Origin: an uncultured candidatus Porisulfidus sp.
GTDB lineage: Bacteria; Pseudomonadota; Gammaproteobacteria; Poriferisulfidales; Oxydemutatoraceae
DNA length: 64,000 bases
Assembly: GCA_965215125.1 (NCBI GenBank)
Contig: OZ244052.1
Location: forward strand, 768,001-832,000
Reading direction: 5' to 3'
Every line of letters begins with the position of its first letter. Position 1 is the stretch's first letter. The position numbers and the translations under genes are program-made. Of the stretch, positions 33,481-44,737 are shown in pieces. The notes beneath the pieces are model-generated. The model searched no databases. It was given only the letters and a program-made list of their open reading frames with translations, and was not told the origin of the DNA.

Positions 33481-34115
33481 AACGGTACTCGCTTATCGAT
33501 CAATTGATTATAAATGCCGATCTTATGTTGCGCGCGGTCAACGGTATATCGACAGGAAAACAACGCGAACATCCGGCGGCGGGTATTCCCGAGAGTGACT
33601 TAAGCGAGAATGAAAAAGAAACGGCAGCTCGCTTGATGCGAGTCAATCACGCCGGGGAAATCGCTGCACAAGGCCTTTATCACGGGCAGACATTATTTGC
33701 TCGCAAACAAACCACTCGCCGACACCTGCTCAACAGTGCACATCAAGAAACCGAACACTTGTATTGGTGTAAACAGCGTATAAAACAACTGGACGGTCGC
33801 ACCAGCTTGCTGGCACCGGTTTGGTATGCGGGCTCTTTTGCAATAGGCACTTTGGCATCGATCGCCGGTGATCGGTGGAGCTTCGCATTCATAAGGGAAA
33901 CCGAAGAACAGGTTGTAGAACATTTACAATCTCACCTAAATCGCCTTTCTCCTAAAGATAAAATCACCCGAGCGATTATCATGCAGGTTATTTCGGATGA
34001 AGCCGAACACGCCCAATCGGCGTATTCGCAAAGCGATTATACACTTCCACAAGCACTTAGCACGATGATGCAAGCGACTGCTAAAATTATGACGATCGGC
34101 GCATACTACATATAG
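33477..34115 (+). CDS. coq7: Demethoxyubiquinone hydroxylase (di-iron)
   Basis: MRVNHAGEIAAQGLY, E..H, ETE.QV..HL, DEAEH. Confidence 0.95.
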   Translation: MKRYSLIDQLIINADLMLRAVNGISTGKQREHPAAGIPESDLSENEKETAARLMRVNHAGEIAAQGLYHGQTLFARKQTTRRHLLNSAHQETEHLYWCKQRIKQLDGRTSLLAPVWYAGSFAIGTLASIAGDRWSFAFIRETEEQVVEHLQSHLNRLSPKDKITRAIIMQVISDEAEHAQSAYSQSDYTLPQALSTMMQATAKIMTIGAYYI

Positions 34116-34170
34116 TCCGATCCGCCTAGAGCCTATAAAGGTTTCGCTCACTTTGTAATAAACCTTTGAA

Positions 34171-35244
34171 TTAAAGCAAACTATTGCTATCGGAAGACCG
34201 ATAATACGAACCTTTTCTATACCATGCACCCTCAAAAATAAATCTATTTCTGCGGTAAGAGTGGATCTTAACCGCTGCATATCTCATGATGTTTTTCTCC
34301 ACCGAATATAACAAATTGTGATCTACAACCCCGCCTCGAGTAACTTGCTCTACGAGTTCCTCAAAATCGGTATATCTATAAACATTATATTTAGGTTTTA
34401 AGAAGTCGAAGTAATCGGCATCCATTATATTTGACATGATATAAAGCGGCATATTTTTGCTATGCATTTCGTAGACATTTTTTATGGCCTCTTCTATACC
34501 GTTGCGCAGATAGCCGGCATTTTTTATCTCTTCCGATGCTATTTTTGAATTTTCGGCAAATCTCACATGCATACATGCATAATAACGAAGATTGTTGAAA
34601 TCCTGCTCTATGCCGAATTTTCTAAACCTCGGCAAATCATATAAAACATCGGTAAATAACTTCATACTCTCCCGTTTCGTAACGAAATGATTGACTACTA
34701 TATCGCTTAAGTTATCCACCCGTCCGGAGGGAGGAATGACGACATAAAAGGGAGACTTAAAATATGCATTTAACCTGGGGCTGAAATACAAGCCTTTATG
34801 AATTTTGGGTAACTGCTTATCTCTCCCTTTTCTCCTTAGACTCTCCTTATCTCTCGACAAAACAATTACACGAGTGGCTTCATTTTCTTTATCATAGAGC
34901 TGAAAACCATTAATATGCTGTATTTGTGATTCGGGGCACAACCAATCAAAATCTTTTTCATGCACGTACCGTAAGGCTTCAGGCAGTTCTTTAATCATCC
35001 CATCGGATGTCGTTTGCAGTATTTTTACAGCCGATAAATTGATATGTTCATCCCAATCAATAAGTACATCTTGTTCTATGTCATCTAATCTATGTGTGAA
35101 AGAAGTTCTAGCCTCCTTGATAATCGGAATCCTTCCCAAGGATAAAGCTACTCTTATAAGTAATACCAAATCGTAGGTTTTAGAGTCCAAACCACCGTCG
35201 TATTCATAAGAAAAATACAAGTACTTATCGTTATGTTGCAACAT
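34171..35244 (-). CDS. Putative O-fucosyltransferase-like GT-B protein, paralog A
   Basis: KYLY..GGLD, ALSLGRIPII, YACMHVR, PLYIMS, LYSVEKNIMRYA. Confidence 0.6.
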   Translation of the reverse strand: MLQHNDKYLYFSYEYDGGLDSKTYDLVLLIRVALSLGRIPIIKEARTSFTHRLDDIEQDVLIDWDEHINLSAVKILQTTSDGMIKELPEALRYVHEKDFDWLCPESQIQHINGFQLYDKENEATRVIVLSRDKESLRRKGRDKQLPKIHKGLYFSPRLNAYFKSPFYVVIPPSGRVDNLSDIVVNHFVTKRESMKLFTDVLYDLPRFRKFGIEQDFNNLRYYACMHVRFAENSKIASEEIKNAGYLRNGIEEAIKNVYEMHSKNMPLYIMSNIMDADYFDFLKPKYNVYRYTDFEELVEQVTRGGVVDHNLLYSVEKNIMRYAAVKIHSYRRNRFIFEGAWYRKGSYYRSSDSNSLL

Positions 35245-35275
35245 TAGTGTGAAAGTCTCAATTTTACATATATTC

Positions 35276-36367
35276 TTACTTTACGATTTTCATCAACTTA
35301 TTCATATAATATCTAAACCCAAAACCTATCTTCCGTACCAAAGATCTATTAGTACCGGACCAAAAATTCCATGGACCCTCAAAGGAAAAACTGTTTATTT
35401 CGGCAGGAAGTATTTTAATTACAGCATGTCTCATAATGTTATCTTCTACTAGATAAAGTAAATTGTAGTCTATGATTTTACTTTGAATAAATCTTTCTTT
35501 TAATTCCTTAAAGTCGCCATACCTATAAACATTTTGTTTAGGGCTTAAAAAGTTGAAATCGCCGGTATTCGCCATATCGGATATAATGTAAAACGGTAAT
35601 TTTTTACTCTTTCGTTTGCGCACTTTCCTAATCACCTCTTGAACCTTCATCCTCGCTGCATATTTATTTATAAGTCTCGGAGGCACACCGATGTTTTTCT
35701 CATATCTTAGGTTTATGCAAGCATAGGATTGTGAGATGCCTAATAATGAATTTATCCCTAAATGTTGCTCTCTAAAACTGCGTGAAAATATATCGGATAA
35801 AAGTTTCATATTTTCTCGCCTAGTACCGAAATAATCGAGAACTATATCGGTTAAGTCATTCACTTCTTGCGAAAATGAAAAAATAACTAAAAATAGGGGG
35901 ACGTTAGACCTATTTATATCGTTCGCACTTAGCGCGGGTATAGATCTTATTAGCTGCAACTTCTCTATGTCTTTGGATTGCGACAAACAAACCACTGGAT
36001 ATTGTTCATTTTCTTCGTCATAGAGTTGATGACTGTTAATATATCGTATCTTGCTTTTAGGATACGAGTTAAGATCAAAATCTCGCTTGCATAGATAACA
36101 AAAAGTGTCCGAAAGTTCTTTTATACCTCCCGACTCTATTTTCAATATCCTAGTCTTAAACAGATCAATATATTGTTCCCAATTAATAGAGGCACTCATA
36201 GCACAACCATCATATATTATTGGAAATCTTCCTTCTTCCATAATAGGGATTCTTTTCATGGATAAGGCTGTGCTTATAATTAATTCCAGATCATGGATTT
36301 TAGAGTCTATCCTCCCTTCCTCTTTTCCATAAGGCACATAAAAATATTTTTCACTTTCTTGTAACAT
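35276..36367 (-). CDS. Putative O-fucosyltransferase-like GT-B protein, paralog B
   Basis: KYFY..GRIDSK, ALSMKRIPIM, YACINLR, PFYIISD, LYLVEDNIMRHA. Confidence 0.6.
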   Translation of the reverse strand: MLQESEKYFYVPYGKEEGRIDSKIHDLELIISTALSMKRIPIMEEGRFPIIYDGCAMSASINWEQYIDLFKTRILKIESGGIKELSDTFCYLCKRDFDLNSYPKSKIRYINSHQLYDEENEQYPVVCLSQSKDIEKLQLIRSIPALSANDINRSNVPLFLVIFSFSQEVNDLTDIVLDYFGTRRENMKLLSDIFSRSFREQHLGINSLLGISQSYACINLRYEKNIGVPPRLINKYAARMKVQEVIRKVRKRKSKKLPFYIISDMANTGDFNFLSPKQNVYRYGDFKELKERFIQSKIIDYNLLYLVEDNIMRHAVIKILPAEINSFSFEGPWNFWSGTNRSLVRKIGFGFRYYMNKLMKIVK

Positions 36368-36562
36368 AATTGTCTTATGGACTCACGATACTTCGCTCAA
36401 AAAGGAAGTATAACTCAGTGCATAAACTCCGAACAAAATAGCATGATGGTTTTACAGTAACAAATATACGAGATTTTTTACTTAGAGCGATCTTCGTTAT
36501 TACACACTCGATTAAATTAACTGACGTTACCCCATTTTTATTACCATCTACAAAGTTAGTTT

Positions 36563-37387
36563 TCATGCTATAGCCTCCGCAAATACACTCGGAGGTTGAT
36601 AACCCAATGCGCTGTGCGGACGCACTTCATTATAATCTATTCGCCAGGCTTCTATAATCTCTCTCGCCTCTTTTATTGAACGAAACCAGAACTGGTTCAG
36701 ACAACCGTCTCGGAACTTGCCGTTGAAACTTTCTACAAAGGCATTCTGGGTCGGTTTGCCGGGTTGGATAAAGTCCAATTCCACCTGCCGGTCTCGGCTC
36801 CAGTGGAACATCGCCTTGCATCTAAACTCGGTGCCATTGTCGCAGACGATGCGTGCCGGCTTTACGCCGAGCCGTTCTATCAATTCGGATAGATAATTTG
36901 CTATGCGTTGACCGGTAATCGAAACATCAACAATCTGTCCGACACATTCACGGCTGAAGTTATCTACTATGTTCAGTACCCGAAAGCATCTGCCGTCGTT
37001 GAACTGGTCATGCACAAAGTCCATTGACCAGCACTCATTCACCCTAGCCGGTGTTTTCGGCACGCCACGCGGATGACACAGCTTCTCGCACTTCTTGGTT
37101 CTCAATTCAAGCCCGAGCTTCTTATAAAGCCTATAGGTACGCTTCACATTGACGACCCGGCCTTCGCTCTTCAAAAGCGCATGCAACATCTTATAGCCAT
37201 AATGTGGATACTGCTTTGCCTTCTCCAATAACGCAACTTCCAGTTGACGATCTTTATCGGCTTGGTTGCCCTGATAGCGATATGCAGTGCGACTAATACT
37301 GGCAAGGGCACACGCAGTGCGTTCACTATGCCGACCCGCACTCACTAGATCTTTGACAATCTGCTTGCGTTGCGCCGGCTTTACCAC
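36563..37387 (-). CDS. IS3 OrfB (DDE integrase core)
   Basis: WSMDF, CDNGTEF, PGKPTQNAFVESFNG, YNEVRPHSALG. Confidence 0.95.
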   Translation of the reverse strand: MVKPAQRKQIVKDLVSAGRHSERTACALASISRTAYRYQGNQADKDRQLEVALLEKAKQYPHYGYKMLHALLKSEGRVVNVKRTYRLYKKLGLELRTKKCEKLCHPRGVPKTPARVNECWSMDFVHDQFNDGRCFRVLNIVDNFSRECVGQIVDVSITGQRIANYLSELIERLGVKPARIVCDNGTEFRCKAMFHWSRDRQVELDFIQPGKPTQNAFVESFNGKFRDGCLNQFWFRSIKEAREIIEAWRIDYNEVRPHSALGYQPPSVFAEAIA

Positions 37388-37647
37388 TTTTTTGATAATA
37401 CCTCCTTGAGTGTTTCACACTGCATCACCGATTCAGCCAATAGCTTCTTGAGCTTGCTATTATCGGCTTCAAGCTCTCGCAGGCGTTTAGCTTCTGCCAC
37501 TTCCATGCCATTATACTTGCTGCGCCAGCGATAAAATGTCTGTTCGGCGATGCCTAGATCACGACAGATATCGACTACTTTCATGCCGGCTTGATTTGAC
37601 TTTAATGCCTTAATGATTTGTTCTTCACTAAAACGTTTTCTCTTCAT
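37381..37647 (-). CDS. IS3 OrfA, fused to OrfB by -1 frameshift
   Basis: KRFSEEQII...TFYRWRSKY.GM...KKW; slippery A6G in CAAAAAAGTGGTAA at the overlap. Confidence 0.95.
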   Translation of the reverse strand: MKRKRFSEEQIIKALKSNQAGMKVVDICRDLGIAEQTFYRWRSKYNGMEVAEAKRLRELEADNSKLKKLLAESVMQCETLKEVLSKKW

Positions 37648-37731
37648 GTTAAGTTCTCCTGTAATGTTTTTAACTTCTCTAGTTTATCGGAAAAACCGAC
37701 TTTAACATTGGTAATAAATTTAGGGAGAACG

Positions 37732-38763
37732 TCATAACTTAAAGATTCTTTCAGAAGTGTTCATAATATTTAACCAGGGATATTCAAAAACCGATAGTAT
37801 CCTATAAGCGGGGAAAATTCTAACCGTAGCGTGACGCATGATGTTGCACTCCACTGCATAAAGCAAGTTATGATCTATCTCTTCTTTACAGCTAAATCGT
37901 TCTCTAAGTTCGTCAAAATCGGTATATCTATAAGTATCATATTTAGGTTTCAAAAAATTAAAATAATTATCATCCATTATGTTTGACATGATATATAGCG
38001 GCATGCTCTTGTTATTTCTTGCATATACTGTTTTGACGGTTCTTTTCACATATTTGCTTAATTCCGAAGATTTTTTTATCTTCTTTTGTGCCTCCTTAAC
38101 GTTGCTCATATATCGTACGTGCATACACGCATAATAGTTCAAACCTTCATCATAAAATCTCCACTTAGGATTAGGCAACTCATACAGAATACCGGATAAC
38201 AGCTTCATATTTTTTCTGGTCGTACCGAAATAATTAAGAACCACATCCGTTAAATCATTTACTAGTTTTGACGGTGCAAAAATTATTAAATAATTTGAAG
38301 GAGGACCAATTTTTAATCTTGTGTATATCTTGTGTCGAGTTCCGATATTTTTTTGCCCTGAGATATACTCGGGATTTAATATGCAGACTACAGGATAGTT
38401 CTCATTCTCCTCGTCGGAAATTTGAGTATGGTCAATATACCTTATTTGATCTTTAGAGTACGAACCAAAATCAAAATCTTGCTCGTGTATGTATCGAAAA
38501 GTATCCGCGTGCGCTATTTCACCACTGGATTTTAGTTCAAATATTTCTGTTTTTGAAAAGTCAATATATCGTCTCAGATCAACAAATACCTCTTTATTTG
38601 ATTTATCCACCCTATGCCACACACTAGAAATTTCGTTCGTTATAATCGGGATTCTTTTCATAGCTAAAGCTACTTGTGTAAACTCGGATAAATGTAGAAC
38701 CTGAGCATCAAATCCACCGCCTATTCGATGCGGAGTATAAAGATATTTTCCATCTTTTTGCAT
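37732..38763 (-). CDS. Putative O-fucosyltransferase-like GT-B protein, paralog C (stop supplied by the IS3 end)
   Basis: KYLY..GGGFDAQ, ALAMKRIPII, YACMHVR, PLYIMS, LYAVECNIMRHA. Confidence 0.6.
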   Translation of the reverse strand: MQKDGKYLYTPHRIGGGFDAQVLHLSEFTQVALAMKRIPIITNEISSVWHRVDKSNKEVFVDLRRYIDFSKTEIFELKSSGEIAHADTFRYIHEQDFDFGSYSKDQIRYIDHTQISDEENENYPVVCILNPEYISGQKNIGTRHKIYTRLKIGPPSNYLIIFAPSKLVNDLTDVVLNYFGTTRKNMKLLSGILYELPNPKWRFYDEGLNYYACMHVRYMSNVKEAQKKIKKSSELSKYVKRTVKTVYARNNKSMPLYIMSNIMDDNYFNFLKPKYDTYRYTDFDELRERFSCKEEIDHNLLYAVECNIMRHATVRIFPAYRILSVFEYPWLNIMNTSERIFKL

Positions 38764-38784
38764 CAAAGGTTGCTAATAATCTAT

Positions 38785-39348
38785 TTAAGCTTTAGGTAAA
38801 GTGACACCGGTTTGTTTTTGATATTTACCGGAACGGTCCTTGTACGATGTCGAACATTGAGAATCGGCTTCGAAAAACAATAGTTGTGCAACGCCTTCTC
38901 CGGCGTAGATCTTAGCCGGTAGCGGCGAAGTGTTAGAAAACTCCAATGTTATATGACCCTCCCACTCGGGTTCCAGCGGTGTAACATTAACGATGATGCC
39001 GCAACGCGCATAAGTCGATTTACCGACGCATATAGTCAATACCGAACGGGGAATCTGCAAGTACTCGACGGTACTCGCCAAGGCAAAGGAATTCGGTGGA
39101 ATAATGCAAACATCCGAATGTATGTCAAGAAAACTTTTTTCGCTAAATGCTTTAGGGTCCACGATAGTTGAATTGATATTGGTAAACACCTTGAAATGAT
39201 TACTGCAACGAATATCATAACCGTAGCTTGAAGTGCCGTAAGAAATTACTTTCTGATCGTCGACAGTACTAATTTGATTGGGTTCAAAAGGTGTAATCAT
39301 GCCTTTCGCCGCCATCTTGCGTATCCAATTATCGGGCTTAATAGACAT
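38785..39348 (-). CDS. dcd: dCTP deaminase
   Basis: [38 protein letters not shown]. Confidence 0.97.
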   Translation of the reverse strand: MSIKPDNWIRKMAAKGMITPFEPNQISTVDDQKVISYGTSSYGYDIRCSNHFKVFTNINSTIVDPKAFSEKSFLDIHSDVCIIPPNSFALASTVEYLQIPRSVLTICVGKSTYARCGIIVNVTPLEPEWEGHITLEFSNTSPLPAKIYAGEGVAQLLFFEADSQCSTSYKDRSGKYQKQTGVTLPKA

Positions 39349-39351
39349 TTA

Positions 39352-40449
39352 TTAATCGTTGCGAATAACAATTTTAGGGAATTTGGCAGAATAATCTTTG
39401 CCTTGAATCGCAAGTCGGGCAGCCGCTTTACGAGCCACTTCTTTATAAATTTGCGTGGGACGGCTATCCTCGTCGGTCAATACCGTAGGGGTACCGCTAT
39501 CGGTTTGTTCGCGAATATGAATATCCAACGGCAATGCCCCCAATAGCTCTACATTGTAATCCTCGGACATCGCTTCACCGCCTCCGCTACCGAAAATAGG
39601 TTCTTCGTGTCCGCATCGGCTACAGATATGAATACTCATATTTTCAACGATGCCGAGTATCGGCACATCAACTTTTTGAAACATTTTAACGCCTTTGCGA
39701 GCATCGAGCAGAGCAATATTTTGCGGAGTAGTCACAATGATTGCTCCGCTCACAGGTATTTTCTGGGCTAAAGTTAGTTGCACATCACCGGTACCAGGGG
39801 GCAAATCTACGATCAGATAATCTAAATCAATCCAGTTGGTATTATTCAATAGCTGTTCCAAGGCTTGTGTGACCATAGGACCTCGCCAAATCATAGGCGT
39901 GTCTTCTTCTATCAAAAAACCGATAGACATGGCTTGTAGTTCGTATTTCTGCATCGGCTCCAGAGTCTTGCCGTCTTTAGAGTCGGGCTGTCCCTTAAGA
40001 CCCAACATACTCGGTTGGCTAGGCCCATAAATATCGGCATCCAAAATACCGACCTTCGCACCTTCGGCAGAAAGTGCCAAAGCCAAATTGACCGCAGTCG
40101 TTGATTTACCGACCCCGCCTTTGCCCGATGCCACCGCAATCACATTCTTGATCTCACGCATAGGTTTCAGATTTTTCTGCACCGAATGAGAGACAATTTC
40201 CCAATCAACCTTTACCACAACCTCTTGTACACCCTCTAAAACCTTGATTTTCTCGTCTATTTCGTTTTGAAACCATGTCACCATAGATTTTGCCGGGTAA
40301 CCCAACCGTATATGCACGACAACCTTCCCGCCGGCTATATCGATGTGTTCAACCTCTTTGGAGGCAACCAAGTCCTTGGCGGTGTTAGGGTCGGTAATGT
40401 TGGCTAGGATCTGCTCTATCGTTTCTTTGTTAACCTTTGACATCGTCAT
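39352..40449 (-). CDS. apbC: Fe-S cluster carrier ATPase Mrp/ApbC
   Basis: SGKGGVGKSTT, DADIYGPS, WRGPM, DLPPGTGD, ENMS..ICSRC; exact start uncertain. Confidence 0.95.
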   Translation of the reverse strand: MTMSKVNKETIEQILANITDPNTAKDLVASKEVEHIDIAGGKVVVHIRLGYPAKSMVTWFQNEIDEKIKVLEGVQEVVVKVDWEIVSHSVQKNLKPMREIKNVIAVASGKGGVGKSTTAVNLALALSAEGAKVGILDADIYGPSQPSMLGLKGQPDSKDGKTLEPMQKYELQAMSIGFLIEEDTPMIWRGPMVTQALEQLLNNTNWIDLDYLIVDLPPGTGDVQLTLAQKIPVSGAIIVTTPQNIALLDARKGVKMFQKVDVPILGIVENMSIHICSRCGHEEPIFGSGGGEAMSEDYNVELLGALPLDIHIREQTDSGTPTVLTDEDSRPTQIYKEVARKAAARLAIQGKDYSAKFPKIVIRND

Positions 40450-40506
40450 GCTCATTATCAAAACAGCCATTATATACCATACATTTCAATCGTATATACA
40501 ATGATG

Positions 40507-41004
40507 TTATACGGGTTTTATGCGTTCGAGGCAACGAAAACATAAATCGTATTTGTTTTTATCGTCGGCACGGTAATCACTGCTTTCAACGATGCGCCAG
40601 TCTTCGCTCTTCAATAAAGAGGCCGGGAAATAGGTGTCGCCCGACAGTGCTTCGGTCTTAACCAAAGTATGGTATATCCGATTTGCGTACGGCATCAATA
40701 GACGATATATTTGCGCACCGCCTATCACAAAACATTCTCTATCACCGACAAGAGTATCCAATTCTTCGGTAGAGGAAATTACATAGCATCCTTGCGCACC
40801 GAACCGATTACGGCTGAATACCACATTGCTACGGTTAGGCAACGGACGACCTATAGACTGATAAGTCTTCCTTCCCATTACGATGATATGTCCGCTTGTG
40901 ATTTTTTTGAAACGAGCAAGATCGGCGGGCAAATGCCAAGGTAGCTTATTGTTCGCCCCGATCAAATAGTCGGGTGTGTAGCATGTAATCAAGGATATCT
41001 TCAT
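40507..41004 (-). CDS. folA: Dihydrofolate reductase
   Basis: [33 protein letters not shown]. Confidence 0.96.
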   Translation of the reverse strand: MKISLITCYTPDYLIGANNKLPWHLPADLARFKKITSGHIIVMGRKTYQSIGRPLPNRSNVVFSRNRFGAQGCYVISSTEELDTLVGDRECFVIGGAQIYRLLMPYANRIYHTLVKTEALSGDTYFPASLLKSEDWRIVESSDYRADDKNKYDLCFRCLERIKPV

Positions 41005-41792
41005 ACCGCAACGGATGCCGAAATCGGGGCATGCGGATGGTAATCACAAAGTTCAATGTCTTCGAATCTAAATTGATATAGATCTTTGACCGCTTCGTTG
41101 AGTTTCACCCTCGGTAACTTTCTGGGTTCTCTTTTTAATTGCTTGCGAGCTTGCGCAACATGATTTTTATACAAATGTACATCACCCAAAGTATGAATCA
41201 ATTCACCACATTCAAGGTCGCTAACTTGGGCTATCATCATCGTCAATAGCGCGTACGACGCAATATTGAAAGGCACGCCTAGAAAGACATCGGCACTACG
41301 CTGGTAGAATTGACACGACAATCGTTTATCTATTACATAAAATTGCATCAACACATGGCACGGTGCCAGACGCATATAGGGCAATTCGCCGACATTCCAC
41401 GCACTGATTAGCAAACGGCGAGAGTCGGGCTGTTTTTTTAAGTTGACCAGCAGGCGGCTCAGTTGATCAACCGTACCGTCGGCACTACGCCACGCACGCC
41501 ATTGCCGTCCGTATATAGGACCTAAATTGCCGTCTTCGTCCGCCCATTCATCCCATATAGAAACATTGTGTTTATGCAGATACCCGATATTGGTGGCCCC
41601 GGCAATGAACCATAACAATTCGTGCACCACCGACTTGAAATGAATCTTTTTCGTGGTCAGCAAAGGAAAACCGTCTTGCAGTTGATAACGCGACTGCCAT
41701 CCGAATAAAGAATAAGTACCCACGCCGGTGCGATCTTTTTTGACCGCACCCCGCTCTAATATCGTTTCTAACAAATTAAGGTAAGGTTGCAT
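41001..41792 (-). CDS. thyA: Thymidylate synthase
   Basis: [31 protein letters not shown]. Confidence 0.98.
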   Translation of the reverse strand: MQPYLNLLETILERGAVKKDRTGVGTYSLFGWQSRYQLQDGFPLLTTKKIHFKSVVHELLWFIAGATNIGYLHKHNVSIWDEWADEDGNLGPIYGRQWRAWRSADGTVDQLSRLLVNLKKQPDSRRLLISAWNVGELPYMRLAPCHVLMQFYVIDKRLSCQFYQRSADVFLGVPFNIASYALLTMMIAQVSDLECGELIHTLGDVHLYKNHVAQARKQLKREPRKLPRVKLNEAVKDLYQFRFEDIELCDYHPHAPISASVAV

Positions 41793-41836
41793 AAATCCGT
41801 ATCAATAATTTTCGAGCAAAACATTTTATCCGATAA

Positions 41837-42619
41837 TCAACCGTGTCGCTTGTTGCCGTAAAAGATCAGCCCGATACCGACCGCAACCATTGCCAACGAC
41901 AAAAGCTGCCCTATCGTCATCCAGCCCAAAGCAACAAAGCCTACATGGGCGTCGGGTTCGCGGGTGAATTCCGCCAAGAAACGTAACACACCATAACCGA
42001 TAGCAAAGTAGGCGGCAACTCGTCCCAAGGGGCGCGGTTTTTTAGAGTAGAACCATAACACGACGAATAACACCACACCCTCCAGAAAAAATTCGTACAG
42101 TTGCGAGGGATGGCGCGGTTCGGGACCGGCCATAGGAAACACGACCGCCCACGGTAAATCACTAATCCGCCCCCATAATTCTCCGTTAATAAAGTTACCG
42201 ATTCTACCCAAACCCAAACCTATAGGTACTAGGGGTGCGATAAAGTCCATTATCCGTAAAAAGCTAAGCTCGCGAGTGCGTGCAAATATCCAAACGGCTA
42301 ATAGTACACCGAGCATGCCACCGTGAAAACTCATGCCACCTTGCCAGATCATGAATAAACTCAGCGGTTCGTTCAGTAGCGTAGAGAAATTATAAAATAG
42401 CATATAACCCATGCGCCCACCTACAATTACGCCGATGATTCCATAAAATAACAAATCGTCGAGCTTAGAGACCGGGATGCCGTATAAAGGATTGCCGGCG
42501 CGCATACGACCCAATATATAAAATATGATAAAAGCGAGCAGATACATCAAACCGTACCAATGCACTTGCAACGGACCTACGGAAAATGCAACAGGGTTTA
42601 TAGCCGGGAGATGAATCAT
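41837..42619 (-). CDS. lgt: Prolipoprotein diacylglyceryl transferase
   Basis: [35 protein letters not shown]. Confidence 0.97.
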   Translation of the reverse strand: MIHLPAINPVAFSVGPLQVHWYGLMYLLAFIIFYILGRMRAGNPLYGIPVSKLDDLLFYGIIGVIVGGRMGYMLFYNFSTLLNEPLSLFMIWQGGMSFHGGMLGVLLAVWIFARTRELSFLRIMDFIAPLVPIGLGLGRIGNFINGELWGRISDLPWAVVFPMAGPEPRHPSQLYEFFLEGVVLFVVLWFYSKKPRPLGRVAAYFAIGYGVLRFLAEFTREPDAHVGFVALGWMTIGQLLSLAMVAVGIGLIFYGNKRHG

Positions 42620-42661
42620 GACAAAAGCATTATAATAGTATTGTTAAAGTTATCTATTACA

Positions 42662-44737
42662 ATGCAAAAACACAACCGCCTATCGGAAGAGAACAGTCCT
42701 TATTTGCAACAGCATGCCGATAATCCGGTGGACTGGTTCCCGTGGGGTGAGGAAGCCCTAAACAAGGCAAAAAAAGAAGATAAGCCTATATTTTTATCCA
42801 TAGGTTATTCGGCCTGTCACTGGTGCCATGTAATGGCGCACGAATCCTTTGAAGACGAACAAACCGCCCAAATGATGAATGCATATTTTGTCAACATCAA
42901 AGTAGATCGCGAGGAAAGACCCGACCTAGACAAAATCTATCAAACATCCCAAACTCTGATCAATCAACGTAGCGGTGGCTGGCCGTTGAGCATGTTCTTA
43001 ACCCCCGACGACCAGCTCGCTTTCTTCGGTGGCACCTATTTTCCTAAAGAAGCGAGATACGGAATGCCTCGATTCAAGGACGTTCTACAACATATACATC
43101 ACTACTATCATCAACGCAGAGATAATATATACAAACAGAATATCTCAATGCAGGAAGCGTTGCAGCAAATATATACATTGCCCCAAGCATCCGATATAGC
43201 AAGCTCCGCCCTAGTAGAAAAAGCCGAGCGCACATTACACGCTATGTACGATCGCCGCTACGGAGGTTTTGGCAATGCTCCCAAGTTTCCACAAGCAGAC
43301 TTATTGGAATTTTTGATTATGCTATGGGCGCGAAATTCGGCTAAGGCACAAAGTGCAGCAATTGCTCTAATTACGCTTAGTAAAATGTGCCGAGGCGGAA
43401 TTTACGATCAGCTCGGGGGTGGCTTTTGCCGATATTCGGTAGACGAACAGTGGTTGATTCCACATTTTGAAAAGATGCTCTACGATAATGGACAATTATC
43501 GGGATTGCTGGCACAAGCATGGTCTATTACACACGGTGAACTATTTAAGCGTAAAGCGATTGAAACAAACGACTGGGTAATACGCGACATGCAATCACCG
43601 CAAGGTGCTTATTACTCTTCTTTAGATGCCGACTCAGAAGGTGTGGAAGGGAAGTACTACTATTGGCAAAAAGACGAATTGCGGCAGCTACTTGCCGAAG
43701 ACTACGACATTATTGCGCATTATTTCGGCATCGAAGGAACACCTAATTTTGAAGGATACTGGCATTTGCAAGAGAAACACGATACCGAGGAAACCGCACA
43801 AACCCTAAAAATCTCCACTGCATCGGCAAAGCAAAAAATTGATGCTGCAAAGCTAAAATTATTGGAACATCGTGCGTCAAGGATTATGCCCGGGCGCGAC
43901 GAAAAGATATTAACGAGTTGGAACGCACTGATGATCAAAGGCATGGCATTGTCGGCTTATTTGTTGGACAAAACCGAATACCGACAGTCCGCCAAAAGCG
44001 CCTTGGACTTTATACGTACGCATTCTTTGAACGGTGCGCGTCTCTACGCGGTTTGCAAAAACGACAAAGCGCATACCAACGCTTATTTGGACGATTATGC
44101 CTTTTTGATCGATGCAATCCTTCATCTTAGCCAAGCACACTGGCATAGCGAAGACTTTGAGTTGGCTTATAATTTGAGCAATACTTTGATCGATTATTTT
44201 GAAGACCCCGAACACGGGGGATTTTATTTCACCTCTCACGACCACGAACGGTTGGTACAGCGTCCGCGCACATTGACCGACGAAGCGATACCTTCCGGCT
44301 ACAGTATGGCAATCGGTGCGTTATTCAGAATGGGCACCCTGCTCGGTGAAGAGCGGTTCATAAGTGCCGCCGAGCGTGCAATGGAACAAGCCAAGGGGGC
44401 GATGGTAGATGCGCCTCAACACTATGCGAGTCTGCTCAAAACTTTCATGGAATACGAGCAAGGATTCGAGTATATCGTTATTCGCGGTAGTTCAGAGACA
44501 TGCGCACAGTGGCTGCGTATCACCGCAGATTACTACAGTCCGGTTCGCTTGTGTTTCGCTATACCGACAACTGCAACCAACCTACCTGCCGCTTTAGAAG
44601 ATAAAAAAGCCGATAGCCCTCCTGAAAAAGGCATTGCTTATTTGTGCCGTGGACAAACCTGCCACTCGCCTTTCAAGCGTGTTGAAGAATTGACAAAACA
44701 TTTGCAATCGTCGGTGGCTGAACTTCCTCTAGAATGA
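42662..44737 (+). CDS. Thioredoxin-domain protein (YyaL/SPATA20 family)
   Basis: [38 protein letters not shown]. Confidence 0.93.
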   Translation: MQKHNRLSEENSPYLQQHADNPVDWFPWGEEALNKAKKEDKPIFLSIGYSACHWCHVMAHESFEDEQTAQMMNAYFVNIKVDREERPDLDKIYQTSQTLINQRSGGWPLSMFLTPDDQLAFFGGTYFPKEARYGMPRFKDVLQHIHHYYHQRRDNIYKQNISMQEALQQIYTLPQASDIASSALVEKAERTLHAMYDRRYGGFGNAPKFPQADLLEFLIMLWARNSAKAQSAAIALITLSKMCRGGIYDQLGGGFCRYSVDEQWLIPHFEKMLYDNGQLSGLLAQAWSITHGELFKRKAIETNDWVIRDMQSPQGAYYSSLDADSEGVEGKYYYWQKDELRQLLAEDYDIIAHYFGIEGTPNFEGYWHLQEKHDTEETAQTLKISTASAKQKIDAAKLKLLEHRASRIMPGRDEKILTSWNALMIKGMALSAYLLDKTEYRQSAKSALDFIRTHSLNGARLYAVCKNDKAHTNAYLDDYAFLIDAILHLSQAHWHSEDFELAYNLSNTLIDYFEDPEHGGFYFTSHDHERLVQRPRTLTDEAIPSGYSMAIGALFRMGTLLGEERFISAAERAMEQAKGAMVDAPQHYASLLKTFMEYEQGFEYIVIRGSSETCAQWLRITADYYSPVRLCFAIPTTATNLPAALEDKKADSPPEKGIAYLCRGQTCHSPFKRVEELTKHLQSSVAELPLE

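Larger units (their letters stand above)
36522..37734 (-). mobile_element. IS3-family (IS407-like) insertion sequence
   Basis: TG...CA ends; IRs TGACGTTACCCCATTTTTATTACCA / TGACGTTCTCCCTAAATTTATTACCA; 4-bp target duplication TAAC (36518-36521, 37735-37738). Confidence 0.93.

Noticed and set aside
36375-36566. 63-aa ORF as the lost C-terminus of paralog C
   Set aside because: After removing IS3 the native frame stops one codon later (ATT TAA); this ORF is in a different frame
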